A stretch of 63,920 bases of DNA, counting the filler, from Octopus bimaculoides (lineage: Eukaryota): NCBI RefSeq assembly GCF_001194135.2. It is 8 parts of 7 records of this genome, joined end to end, with 100 filler letters (N's around TTAATTAATTAA, not from the genome) between each part and the next. Parts side by side here need not be neighbours in the genome. Positions count along the whole stretch, not along the records: positions 1 to 18,792 come from NC_068985.1; positions 18,893 to 35,520 come from NC_068985.1; 6 more parts are not named here. One strand, 5' to 3'. The notes below the pieces were generated by a model. It was not told the origin of the DNA, ran no database searches, and saw nothing but the letters and a program-made list of their open reading frames with translations. Positions 13,281 through 26,417 of this stretch are shown piece by piece (position 1 is the stretch's first letter; the number at the start of each line of letters is the position of its first letter). Both the position numbers and the translations under genes were made by a program.

Positions 13281-15229
13281 TATTATTAAAACCTCAAGAC
13301 TTGGTGTCATCCTGGTTATCCACATCATCAACATCATAATGCCTGTCTTTCTATGCTGTACCAGTTAATATTCTCACATACACCAACTATCCAAGCGCTC
13401 TTGACTGCTTTCTCACCTTTGGATCTATTCATCACCATCTCTATGCCTATCAAATGGTCTATTACCTAAAAGCAACACACCTCACATCTGCTCTCTGTGC
13501 AACAAACTATCATGCTTGAGTTCCTTAGTTCTATGCTGATAACCACAAGCAGCAAATGTATTTCACTCCGACACATTGCAGACAGCTAATCAACTGACTG
13601 ACACCATCTTTATAGCTATGTCTCTACTAATTCTTTTTACAACCTAAATCTACCATCTTTCACCTATAACTGCACTGTGGCTGTGCAAGAGAAGAAGACA
13701 ACCCACAATAACTAGAGGAAGGAGTTAGCTTTTCACAACAATACTAGCATGATAACTATCAAGATAATAAATGCCTTTATACATTGCATAGCTTTTAAGC
13801 TCCCTTACATCATACCTCACCAGTGGGATTTACTCAATTTATGGACTCCTCTTACCTGTCACACCTAAACCAAGATGGCTCCATAAGTATCAATTCTTTG
13901 GACAAAGCTAGCATTTATTGTTCATTTTGCTTCCAACGTCACACTTCATATTCCAAAAATTCCACCCAATTTCTCTTTCTCTACACCTATCTTTCCATCT
14001 CACACTGATACCATATATACACAGTGACTAAGTCTAAAGTTACTCCAACCTAACAAGGACCCTGGCAATATCTTTCCATTATCCTCAACAGTGTGTTTCA
14101 AATCTGTTTTCTATTGTTACCTAACTTTTCTCTTTCTTTCTCTGTTTGTCTATTAATCTATCCCTCTAGGTATGTGTGTGTGTGTGTGTGTATATGCACA
14201 TACCCCCCCCCCCCCCATCTTTGGAATTGTTCTGTTGTGTGTGTGGTCCCCAAAATAAGCAATTTCTCTGAAACTGTCAATAAGCATTTTATTGCTCTGA
14301 CATCCCACATTTTGAATGTGGTGTAAACAATTATCAGCAGTCAGCTCCTTTGTAAGATCATTGAACCTTTCCTTTCTTAGCAATCACCAACACAGCTGAA
14401 TTTTTTCCTACATCACAGAGTGATTTAGAATTTACTAATAAGCAAATACCAAAGTTGTTGCCCTTGTTATCAGCAAACCCGTCAACCGTGTTTTGAATGA
14501 AAACTTCCTAACTATGTTACTCACAGGCTCTGTCTGTTTCTGAACTTTTTGGTCGGAACTTTCCATTGTAACATGTACTGGTCAGTACTATCTATCATAT
14601 ACTCTATCAACTCTTCTATATCATCTACTCAGAAGCTAAACACCTCATAGCAGACAAGCATTGCTAAAAGAATAAATCCTCAAATTGGATCATGACCAAT
14701 TCATCAATCTACTTCCTCTGATAAGGCATGACAATTTTTCATGCTTATCAAGAAAATAGCCCATCACAACATTCAAATTATGCATAAACAATACCTAACC
14801 AAATTCCCTAAAATCACTATAAGTTCTGTGTTTAACAATCTCTGATCTCCTCATAGTAATCTTACATAACAGCCAAATCTGCATTAAAAAATCTGATTTT
14901 CACTACGACTCTGGTTTCAGTGTGGAAACTTGTACCAGTATCTTCTTTCTTACAAAGTATACTATAACATTTTTCAATTTCTTCTGCCATTACTTCAGTG
15001 GTCTCTGCAAAGATGGACTACTAAGGTGTTCCTGAATTCAACATTGAATGGAAGAACCCATTAAGCTTTGAAATAAAATGAGGATATTGGCTGGAATATC
15101 AGGTCAAAAGTACTTGCCATTGAATAGAGCACCTATGGCTTTCTTAGCAGGTGATATGGTGATATGTGTTTTGAGAAAATGAGCTATATTGCTTCCTCAT
15201 TTATAGCTGTGGGGCAGTTCAGGACACAA

Positions 15230-16380
15230 AGGAAATGCCCCATCCATCTTTCAAGGATCTTCTTGTTTGTTTAATGCTGTCAATCTATTTATGCTCAGAA
15301 ACAGACCACACTTTTATCAAAAGAAAATAGTCCACCTTTACAAGAGGAACAGAAAGTGCTAGTACTGCAGCAACCACATGAACATATATCTGTTGTCAAT
15401 GGCTGGAAAGATCCTTGTTTGAGTATTATTGAACTGGCTGATTGTTCTCTTTGAAGAGGGCCTTCTGCCTGACAGCTATAGTAGCTTTAGAAAGAGTATA
15501 GTCACTGTAAAATCAACATGGTTGTTGTTGCATACCAACTTCAGAAGTGTTTGGAGTATCCTCATCATTTTTACACTACTTTAAATCAACCTTATAAAAG
15601 AATTTGATATTGTCAATTGTGAGGAGCTCTGGAGAATTATGGCCTAGTTCAACATCCCATATTTATTGCTCTGGTATGGTTGTTGCATGGAGGGAATTGA
15701 TTATGGAGAGTCGATAGTAGTATTCCAAGTCTCAAATGGTGTTAAACAAGGTTGTGTGCTAGCCCCTAATTTCATCATAATGTTGATAGCCATGCTGACT
15801 GATTTATTTCAGAACTTTGAGAGTGACTTTCTCATACACTATCACACTGGTGGAAAGCTCTTTAACTTTTGCACGCTCTGGACCAAGCCATGGTGGAGAA
15901 GATAGTGTGTGTACAACTTCCTGTTTGTGGATGAATATTCTCTCAATGCAAGCTCAAAATCTGGGATGCAGCAGTGCATGAACAAGTCCTCTTGGCTACA
16001 ATGACTTTGGTTTTACTATCAGTACAATGTAGACTCAAGTCATGTCCCAAAAAACCACTCACAAGGAGTATATGACAACTGAAGTCACAATCAAGGATCA
16101 AACTTTACTGACTGTTGACTGGTTCACATACCTTAGTAGCACTCTCTCGAGATTAATCTGCATCGAAGTTGAAGTCAGCAACAGAATTACCATAACTAGC
16201 ATTGGCTTTGGTAGAAAGTCTGAGCAAGGAAGAATATCAGCCTTTAAATCAAATCAAAGATCTACAGTGACATTGTTCTACCAACTTTGCTGTGAACCTG
16301 TGAGGCATGAATTGTTTATAGAATATATGTCAAGAACACAACAAATTCAAGCTAAAACTACATGGGTGACTCAAAGACCT
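15230..16380 (+). mobile_element. Degraded RTE (BovB-like) LINE RT fragment
   Basis: IVHLYKR..ISLLSMAGKIL, NGVKQGCVLAP and HTGGKLFN motifs, with many stops and frameshifts. Confidence 0.8.
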
Positions 16381-16766
16381 TAGAGTTTCATGCAAGGTAC
16401 TTATCAAATTCAGTTATAAATTGCATATGTTTATATTGCTGAAAATTTAATTATTAATAAGAAAATTTATGCGATACTAGAAAGTTTTCAAAGCATGCTC
16501 ATGAGTCTAGGAAAGCAAAATTCTTATCAAAATAACCTTATATTTACACACATGCACATGTATACATACATATATATGTATACATATATCAAAGCATTTG
16601 AAACCTGGTGAAGCTCTCCAGTTTACCAGCTTTCAGTCAAACCACCCAACCCATGCTAGCATGGAAAATGGACGTTAAATGATGATGATTATGCTCAGAC
16701 ACATACGTACACACACACACACACATACGCACACATGCGCACATACACACACACACACACCTACCT

Positions 16767-17450
16767 CTTTTATCTTTTACTTGTTTCAGTCATTGGATTG
16801 CAGCCATGCTGGGGCACTGCTTTGAAGAGTTCAGTTGAATAAATCAACCCCAGAACACTTATTTTATTTTTAAGCTTGGTAGTATTTATTCTATCAGTCT
16901 GTTTTGCTGAACTCCATAGTTACATAAACACACACAGTTCTTCAATACTCTCTTCTACTATACTCTTTGTCAACCTATACTGTTTTTTATTGTTACTTTT
17001 CTTCACACAGATCAGCTCTAATGTAGCAGATCTGTGATACATGGTCTCCTTGTAATATTCCTATATTTCATTGAGGTATAATGTATTTAGGACTACATTA
17101 TTTAATGTGTTACTCAAATCGACATGAGTACTTATTTTCTTTTAAACATGTTACTTATTCTATCAATCTCTTTTGCTTAATTTTTAAGCTACAGGGACAT
17201 AAACAAACAAACATTGGTTGTCAAGTGGTGGTAGTAGGGACGAACTTGAAGACAAACACACACATGTGCGTGCATATGTGTGTGTGTGTGAGGAGTTTCT
17301 TTTGGTTTCTGTCTACCAAATCCACTCATAAGACTTTGGTCAACCCAGGGTTTTAGTATAAGGCACTTGCCCAAGGTCCCATGCACTGGAACTGAACCCA
17401 GAACCATGTAATTGGAAAGCAAAACTTCTTACCATACACAGCTATGCCTG
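16767..17450 (-). mobile_element. tRNA-derived SINE family D, interrupted
   Basis: tttacttgtttcagtcattgga..gccatgctgggg tail, (CA)n, ctaccaaatccactca core, and tRNA-like head at 17380-17450. Confidence 0.8.
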
Positions 17451-18041
17451 AGTGAGAGTGAGAGGGATGGCAGATAAAAAAGAAAACTTTTAAAAGAATG
17501 AAGATGACTCTAAAGGAAGAAGGAGGCAAACGAATATGCAGTATGAGTTAGAAATGTAAAACATGTGGTTAAAAGCACCAAAAAAATAAAGACGGAAGTA
17601 ACAACAATGAAGGATTATATAGAATAGAATATAAATCTGCCAAATGGAAGCAGATGTAACATTCCAAGAAAAAAAAATTCAAATTGTGAGTAGGAGGTGA
17701 AAAAGAAATAATAATGATACATGCATAAATACATACATACACGTATGTATTTATGTGTGTATACATACACACACACACTCCTGTGCACTTGTATTTATTT
17801 TGTTTTCTCATAGAAGCAAGAGTTAGATTAATATATTATTTAGATATTATTTTGTAGCCAGAGGCTCTTCCTGTTGCTAACCCTTATCTTTCCTTCAAGT
17901 AAGGTATGTTTTATTCCTCATGTCTTTGAAGACCCAAAGTTAACAGGATATTTGTTAACAGGAGAAATGACAACAGTATCACTGCTTGTAGTTCAATGAT
18001 TTTCAAGGAAGTGCAAATGTAAACAAGCACACACACACACC

Positions 18042-18109
<68 letters not shown>

Positions 18110-18460
18110 TGACAGGTTTCTTAGTTTCTTTTTACAAAATACCCTCTGGTCAGTCTGAGGCTCTAATAGAAAAATTTGCTACACCGAGCCACATGGCTGC
18201 AAAGCAAAGTTCTTTACTATATAGCCATGCTGATACCTATATGTATGTACATATGTGTGTGTGTGAGTGTGCACATGCACACACTCATAGCTGTAGTTCG
18301 ATTCTGTGTGCAGTTTATATTTGTCATCTTAGTAGTTGAGTGTCCAATGTGGCAATTGGTTTGTTGTTATGACATAATGCATGAACTATAAATAAAATGC
18401 TGTGGTATTGAAACATATGTAGCATGGATCAAACTGCTAGCATCCATTCATCTCCTTTTA

Positions 18461-18505
<45 letters not shown>

Positions 18506-18557
18506 TTCTCATACATATATAAATGTATACATGTATGTGTATATGAATGTATATATA

Positions 18558-18792
18558 TCATCATCATCATCATCATCATCGTTTAACGTCCGCTTTCCAT
18601 GCTAGCATGGGTTGGACGATTTGACTGAGGACTGGTGAAACCGGATGGCAACACCAGGCTCCAGTCTGATTTGGCAGAATTTCTACAGCTGGATGCCCTT
18701 CCTAACGCCAACCACTCAGAGAGTGTAGTGGGTGCTTTTACGTGCCACCCGCACGAAAACGGCCACGCTCGAAATGGTGTCTTTTATGTGCC
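18558..18792 (-). mobile_element. Young family B RTE-tail repeat
   Basis: Highly similar to 10407-10600, truncated by an assembly spacer. Confidence 0.85.
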
Positions 18793-18892
18793 NNNNNNNN
18801 NNNNNNNNNNNNNNNNNNNNNNNNNNNNNNNNNNNNTTAATTAATTAANNNNNNNNNNNNNNNNNNNNNNNNNNNNNNNNNNNNNNNNNNNN
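18793..18892. other. Artificial 100-bp assembly spacer (N44-TTAATTAATTAA-N44)
   Basis: The same geometry recurs at 35521-35620, 41435-41534, 55601-55700, 58644-58743, 60032-60131 and 62414-62513. The 12-mer has stops in all six frames. Confidence 0.95.
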
Positions 18893-19893
18893 AAAAAGAA
18901 ATGTACACACACACACACAAGTTTATATAAGACTACATGTAGAATTGCTTCTGCATTAGTAGACATACATCTACAGATACATCAGTGGGTTATACTAACT
19001 GAGTGCTTATATGTGTATGCATGTGTATACTTTTGTTATGTGATATGTCATGTGCAATTGTATGACTGACTGAAGGTGCAGCATGCACACGAGTGTTTTG
19101 CATGGCAGAGCTGGTACATTATTATCCGAAGTACATGTAACATGTAGGAGTCATGTGCATAATGTCTATGTGTCTGTAACATAGCTATAGAAGTAAAGGA
19201 GTGTTAACTGGGATGGACACACATCTATGATATATAATACACATACATCTATAATATATAATGCACACACACACACACATCTATAATATATAATGCACAC
19301 ACACAGTGGCACGCAGGCACATGCACACACACACACACACACACACACATCCAAATCAATCTGCAGAGATGCACCTAGCCATCAATTTCCATACATTGTA
19401 TAACCTTTTGCTTGAAAAAACACTAGCAGACTCTTCTAAAAATGCACACATACAGGAGGAGTAAATTATACATATAATAATACGTTCAATGTGGCTCCCG
19501 ATAAACAGTTAAAGTAACTATCTGATCAACGATGGGTTTTACTCCTAGTATATATGTATCATCCTGCATACATCACACACACACATGCTATTACACACAT
19601 ACATGCACATACCTCCTCTTACACTCTCCTGTCTTAGAAAACACTTTTTCTTTGTCCATCCCCTTCCAGTCATTCCAAAATGTAACTACGTGTGGATTGT
19701 TGGTGATATTTTTCCTCAGTCTTCCTATTCTCTTGGACTTTCCTCTGTCTCCTGTTTCTGAAGAAGAGCTTTGCTTGAAACATAAAACACCCTTTCTTTC
19801 CTTCCCTGAGCATCTTATTTATATTTTGCATGTACCACATTCTCACATTGTTGTTTTTTTCTTCTTGTGTTTTCACTCCATCTTTTTGGATTG

Positions 19894-19943
<50 letters not shown>

Positions 19944-19971
19944 TAAATCTGTGACAGTTATTTGGTTGCCA

Positions 19972-20034
19972 TAATAAAACTCTGAGTTTCGGATGTCGGG
20001 GCAGAAATCTGCTCTGACATCTCATCAGTTATTA
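19972..20034 (-). ncRNA. Minimal type-I hammerhead ribozyme with complete catalytic core
   Basis: Minus strand: TAATAA CTGATGA GATGTCAGAGCAG ATTT CTGCCCCGACATC C GAAA CTC A GAG T T TTATTA. This gives a 6-bp stem I, a long stem II, a palindromic stem III and a GUU cleavage triplet. Confidence 0.85.
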
Positions 20035-20559
20035 AGACAAACAAAAATGCTATATATATATATATATATATATATATNNNNNNNNNNNNNNNNNNNNNNN
20101 NNNNNNNNNNNNNNNNNNNNNNNNNNNNNNNNNNNNNNNNNNNNNNNNNNNNNNNNNNNNNNNNNNNNNNNNNNNNNNNNNNNNNNNNNNNNNNNNNNNN
20201 NNNNNNNNNNNNNNNNNNNNNNNNNNNNNNNNNNNNNNNNNNNNNNNNNNNNNNNNNNNNNNNNNNNNNNNNNNNNNNNNNNNNNNNNNNNNNNNNNNNN
20301 NNNNNNNNNNNNNNNNNNNNNNNNNNNNNNNNNNNNNNNNNNNNNNNNNNNNNNNNNNNNNNNNNNNNNNNNNNNNNNNNNNNNNNNNNNNNNNNNNNNN
20401 NNNNNNNNNNNNNNNNNNNNNNNNNNNNNNNNNNNNNNNNNNNNNNNNNNNNNNNNNNNNNNNNNNNNNNNNNNNNNNNNNNNNNNNNNNNNNNNNNNNN
20501 NNNNNNNNNNNNNNNNNNNNNNNNNNNNNNNNNNNNNNNNNNNNNNNNNNNNNNNNGGT

Positions 20560-21210
20560 GATCCCAAAACAATGGTGTGCATGTGTGTGTATGTGAGAGC
20601 ATGTGTGGTTAGGGGCTGGTGACCTTGACGTGTGGGTGTATGCATGTGTAGGTGTGTGGATGATGGTGTGGGTGCTGAGAAGTGGTCAGTGCTAGTGTGT
20701 GCGGGGTGGTGTGATGTGGTGTGGTGGTGTGGGTGCTGGGAAGTGGGCAATGCTAGTGTGTGCAGGGTGGTGCGATGCGGTGTGGTAGTGTGTTGATGTG
20801 TGGTGCAGTGGTGTTGGGGTGAGGGTGTGGGGTATGTGGGAGTGGAATGGGTTGTATAGAGATGGTGGGGTTGGGATGTTTAGGGGTCTGGTAACGATGA
20901 AGGAAGAGATGGGGGAAGGTGGGTAGGAGTGAAGAGAGGAAATAGGTGTCAGAGGAGGAGAGATGAGTGGGAGTGAAGAGAGGAAGTAAGTGTGAGAGGA
21001 AGTAAGTGTGAGAGGAAGTAAGTGTGAGAGGAAGTAAGTGTGAGAGGAAGTAAGTGTGAGAGGAAGTAAGTGTGAGAGGAAGAGAGGAGAGAGGAGGGGA
21101 GTTGAGCCCATGTGGCACAAAGGAGCGAAGAGAGAAGATGAATTCCTGTTCACGGCGAAGACAGGAGTCTGGATGGCTTCTGTGCAAGGAGAATCCGAAC
21201 ACAGACAGGT
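20560..21210 (-). mobile_element. Penelope-like element 3' end (GIY-YIG C-terminus plus low-complexity terminal region)
   Basis: CLRREQEFIFSLRSFVPHGLNS matches the PLE C-terminal R.RE..I..L.T..P.GLN motif and is followed by a CT-rich tract. Confidence 0.7.
20978..21082. repeat. 16-bp minisatellite (GAGAGGAAGTAAGTGT), 6.5 copies
   Basis: Perfect units start at 20978, 20994, 21010, 21026, 21042 and 21058, with a partial unit at 21074. Confidence 0.95.
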
Positions 21211-21289
21211 GTTATATATATATCATAGTGGTGAAGGCCTTAACTACTAATGAAATTGTAGAGTGCAGTTATGACATGAGTACATTTTA

Positions 21290-22500
21290 GGCATTATAAA
21301 CTTGGCAGATGTCTGAATGAAGCTGATTTTTTCCAGAAGAAGAGTTGCTTAAAGTGAGAAATGCCAAGGTGGAGGTGAACTGACCATTCATGCCAAAATT
21401 TTTCTTGTGAATGAAATTGCCTGAAAATTCACAGATACTATCATTTTGACCTAAATAACTGCAAAACATTTCATTGAAATCTGTTTGATATTTCCTGAAA
21501 CAATCACTGTCAATTGAATACTTGTGAAATAGTTATAAAAAAATATTTTGAAACCTTTACTGTCTGGTACTCCTACAGCATCAATGAGATCAAGGACAAT
21601 GTTCCCACCTAGGTCAAATGCCTTTTCGGTTTTATTGGGACCGTCTTTCTTGCCAGTGTAGAGGTCAAAAGCATGCATATATCCATGCTGAGAACAAAGG
21701 ACCCAAACTTTGAAACCAAACCAAATTGGTTTTCCTTTTATAAATTGTTTGGCATAGTGTTTGCCATAATATGGAATCATACTTTCGTCAACAGAGAGAT
21801 GTTCTCCCAAGCCACCATGTTCCTTGAATTTTTTTTGTAAGTGGTCAAGTAGAGGTCTGAGTTTGAATGCATGATTGTCTCCTGAAGTACTGGCATTATC
21901 TGCTAAATGGATATTTTTCAATATATTCTTGAATGTCTCGCCTCATGCTATTTTGTAAAATTTTTGGAACATGGTCTTCAGATGACCAATACCGTCTTTT
22001 ATTAGGGAGTGGACAGAAGCTGACAGAAGCAATCCACTAAAGAATATATAGAGCTCTGATTTGCATACATTCAGAACTTTACCTTTTTGAACAGCATATT
22101 GGTTTGTTTGTTCTACAATGTCATCCAGTGTCATCTGTGAAGAACAAACTAAAGAAATCTACTGGATTTGAGCAAGACTTTGCTTCCTCAGATATATCTA
22201 CAGGCTCACATGACATTGAAACACAATTCTCCACTTTGTTTTTCTTCCAATTTCTTGTTTTACTGAATTTAGTTTGTTTTAGATTTCCTGCACCTTCTTC
22301 AGTTTCTTCAGGTATATCCTGTTGACGAGAAGTTTGTGCGTCAGTTACCAAAAGCTCTCTTTTCAGTCAAACTAAGAAACCTATAGCTTCATCATCAGAA
22401 GCATTACTACCACCATCAGAGAATTCTATATCGTGAGGGAGACCAATGTGAACATCGCCTCCATTGCTCAGCTCTTCCAATAATCTTTTGCTGCTGTAAG
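21290..22500 (-). mobile_element. piggyBac/PGBD-like transposase fragment (N-terminal half, frameshifted)
   Basis: KLRPLLDHL..LSVDESMIPYYGKHYAKQFIKGKPIWFGFKVWVLC..GYMHAFDLYTGK, upstream DDIVEQTNQYA, and an acidic N-terminus. Confidence 0.9.
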
Positions 22501-24899
22501 ACTGAAAGAAAAATTACAATGATATTGTAAATAAAAACCAGAGACTATTTCATATATATTATATTGGCTATTTAAAATGTGAAGTTATATCAACACGCAT
22601 AAAATATTAGGTGCGTTGTTTTATGTCTAAGTTGTCGGATGTCTGTTATAATGGACAGGGCATTATATTTTATTTTGTTTACAACATATTTTTCAAATAG
22701 TAACAAATAATAGTTGTCATCTCACCTATGATCATAGAAAAACACATAAGAAACCACAATAATACCTACAGAATTAAATAATTGGAAATAATTGGCTTTC
22801 CATTTACTACGCGTCCTGCTTGTACTTGCCATGCTGCACATGTGGTTGCTACAAGTTACAAGTTATGGTGCAAGCATTTGTTCAAACAAACTGCATACAC
22901 TTTAAGAACATGTATCATTCTTTGATACAGATTATACACAAATCACACTTTGTATCAAGTTATTTGTTTTATACCCTTATAAATTAAGTGTCAGTTTAAA
23001 CGGATGATCAGCATGAATTGGTTAAACTGGTGCTGTATTTATTGACCTTGTGAGGATTAAAGACAAAGTTGACCTCAGTAAGATTTGCACATCAATCACA
23101 TCCAACATAAAGGCTCAATTAATAACACAAAAGTTAAGGTATTATCAACGCATATAACAGGCATGACACATAGACAGATTACAGAGGCTACACACATAGT
23201 AATAGAAAAAAAACAAGCCTTAACAGAAAACATGAATGGAACAATAACATCCACCACCACCAACTATGCAACATGATGACTAAAGACAATGGGAGAAATA
23301 AAACCCAGATACAAACAGTATAATATACACACTCATATACGCACACACACAAAAGACACACATATACATACTTAAGAGGGAATGGGGGTAAAATGGAAAG
23401 ATAAATAAGAGTGTGTGTGTATAAATATATATATATACACACACACACATACATACACAATCACACATATCTGTCTGTTCTTGACTTTTATACTCTCACA
23501 AACCCACCTACCCAGCCAACTTTGATTTTCTGTCCCTGTTCTCTCTTTATCCACCTTCTTGTACCTTGTGAGTACAGCCTGACACCTTATCTGCACTGCC
23601 CTTTCTCCTATGTATCTCCTCTACAACAGAACATCCATTCCTGTTCATCCAACACTTGACACAAAATCACTTGCCTCAATATTGCGATTCCCACTCTATC
23701 AATGTGTCTTATCTTGCAAGTTACTTGGTGACTTCAGGAATGCTGGCACCATGGAAAGAGTTCCTAGTGCACTCTGTAAAATTGTTGACATTTTGAAGGG
23801 CATCCAGCCACAACAGAAATCATGTCAAAGCTAACATTGGAGATTAAGACAGTGTTTGACTTGTCAAATCCTGTCAAACCATCCCACCCATGCAGGCATG
23901 GATACAGACGTCAAATGATGATGATGAGGAGGAAGAGGAATTACACAGCTTTCAACAATGAGTATTTAATTCAGTTGTACAATCAATTGAATTACCAGTT
24001 CATTGAAAGAGCTTGCATGTGGTTGAGTATTCCATATACATATGTTTCCTTAACATAATCTTCAGGCTAAGTCAGCATGATATGGTATGTGACAAAGCTG
24101 GATCTTTGAATTTCCAATGGATGTTCAAACAGTTTCCATCAATCCAATTTCACCCACAAGTTTATTATATCCATGCAGTCACAATGAAATACCTAAAAGT
24201 AGAGTCATTCATTAAATGTTCTCATTATATCCAATATTCATGTTATACAAGATATTCCAAATTCTTTTTATATGTTCAAACATCAAGCACATATATTATC
24301 CACAAAATTACAAGCAACTACAGAAAATTAGGTTCATGCATAACCAGAACATTAGAGTCCATATTATATTGGATATTCCATTGGTGTTGGTCTTATACAT
24401 CTGAAGATAATGCAGAGAAAAATGCTTTCCATACTTGTGCTATTAGGTAATTTCCAAGAATTGCACCAATATTTCAGACAGTCAAGATAAAAGGGCCAAA
24501 AACTTTCAAAATGTACTGTTCAGCCAAAATGGAATCAGATATTTAATGGCCTAATACATAAACTTGATCTGTGGAAATTATGTAATAACTTAAGTATGGA
24601 ATGTGCTTTTCTGTGCATAATATTCAGACATGTAAATCTAACACCTATTTTCAAGAGAACATGAAAAGATTGTTTTTTTGCAATAGTATAATCTTGAAGT
24701 ACACACAAAGCTATACAGTCGACTTTGGTATATGAGCAAAGAAAAGAAATTATAAGGACTCGTGAATAGTTTCTGAGGAACCCATGATGGGTTATGAAAA
24801 AGCTGTTCATTGAACCAAAGAGTACACAAATGAAGAACTCAGATTTACATTTGGTACCTTCACAACAGACTGGCACTGCCTAGAGACTAGCATTGCTGT

Positions 24900-26330
24900 T
24901 GGCTGCACAATATGTCACATGGTTTATTCTAGTCACGGTGATGGTCTTGAAAGCAACAAACATTTCAGAACAAATGGCCTATATACAGTCACCTAAGAAA
25001 GCCTTCATGGCTGATCTGATACTTCTATAGATAAGTGGATCATGCAGAATGCCATTTCAAGGCTAGACAAGCTGATAGAGTGGTCAAGGATGCAGTTCAG
25101 AGCAAAAAAAGTCATGCAATCTGACATTTATTAAGGGAATGCAGAAAGAAGTGAAATTTAAAATAATAGAAAGCATACCAACAGTCAAGGAAAAATCTGT
25201 TAAGAGCCTGGAGTGAGCATACTCAGAACATTGTCAGATAGGAGCCACAGAATGAAGATTATGAAGCAAGCTGATAATGGAATAAAAGTAATTGATGGTT
25301 CAAAGTTACCAGGCAAGTATAAAATATGGTGTCTACAGTTTGGTTTATATCCACACATTTTATGGCCACTATTAATATATACACTGTTACGGGTTAAAAT
25401 CATTGAGCAAAAGCGCAATATGTTCATTAGAATAAGGTTAGGGCTACCTCATATAATAAACATCTCAGCTCTTACCACTGACATCAATCATTGAAATTTA
25501 TAAAGTAGGGAAGGTATGTACAGTGATGATGCTAAGAAAATCAAAATAAAGCATAATCCAACCAGATATTAAAAAAAAGAGCCAGGAAGTAGAAAGCATA
25601 AACAGAAAAAGATGACATCTTGTCTTCACTTAAACACTGAGACATGGTGGATGCTTTGCAAATTGATTGGAATGGATTAGTGTTTGGCTCAGATTGGTTG
25701 AGACCACTTTCAAGTATAATACACAGTGAACATAAATTTGTTGGTAGTAACAGTGTCAAGGCAAGGGAAGTAAAGAGAAAAGAGCTTGCTTTGATTCAAT
25801 ACTCTCAACAAGGACAAATGACAAGATGGGAAGAGCATGTAGTTGAGAGAAAAATAAGTTACAATGGAATATAGAAATGATGCACATCACAACTAAGTTT
25901 TTTTGATTAATTCATCCTATTGGTGCTTTGCTGTTGCCTACAAGCCTGGTGAGATGGAACATATCAAAAAATGATAAATGCAGATGTGGGGAAGTAGGAA
26001 CATATTCTTTCCAAGTGTTCACTGGCACTGGAAAGATATACCTGGAGACACAGTCTGGTTCTTAAGATCCTCTTCAATGCTGCAGAGAACCAAATGGCTC
26101 TAATCAACAGTGGAAAGAAACTGCAGAAGAAACAGTTAGAGATGTCATTACCTTCATGTGTCCAGGACAGCAGATCCACTTGAAGAAGAAACTTCCTATG
26201 AACAATGAAATGTGGAATGGCTATTGAGAGATGGCTGCAGATTTCCTGTAAACAATGAAAAGTGGAACGGCAGTTGTGAGGTGCCAAGGATTCTTGCCCA
26301 TTCCAGTTATGAAGGAACCTGATATTATCT
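24900..26330 (+). mobile_element. Degraded HERO/NeSL-like RLE non-LTR retrotransposon fragment
   Basis: LPGKYKIWCLQFGLYPHILWPLLIY, RWEEHVVERKIS and RYTWRHSLVL motifs. Confidence 0.8.
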
Positions 26331-26417
26331 CTTATTTTTTACTTATTTCAGTTATTAGACTGTGGCCATGCTGGGGCTCTGCCTTCAATAATTTTAGCTG
26401 AACAAAATGACTCAGTA

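Noticed and set aside
13300-14950. Possible ancient LINE remnant
   Set aside because: The composition is suggestive, but I could not read a convincing motif.
24013-24450. 145-aa ORF in apparently non-repetitive sequence
   Set aside because: No recognisable motif or splice context, and consistent with a chance ORF.
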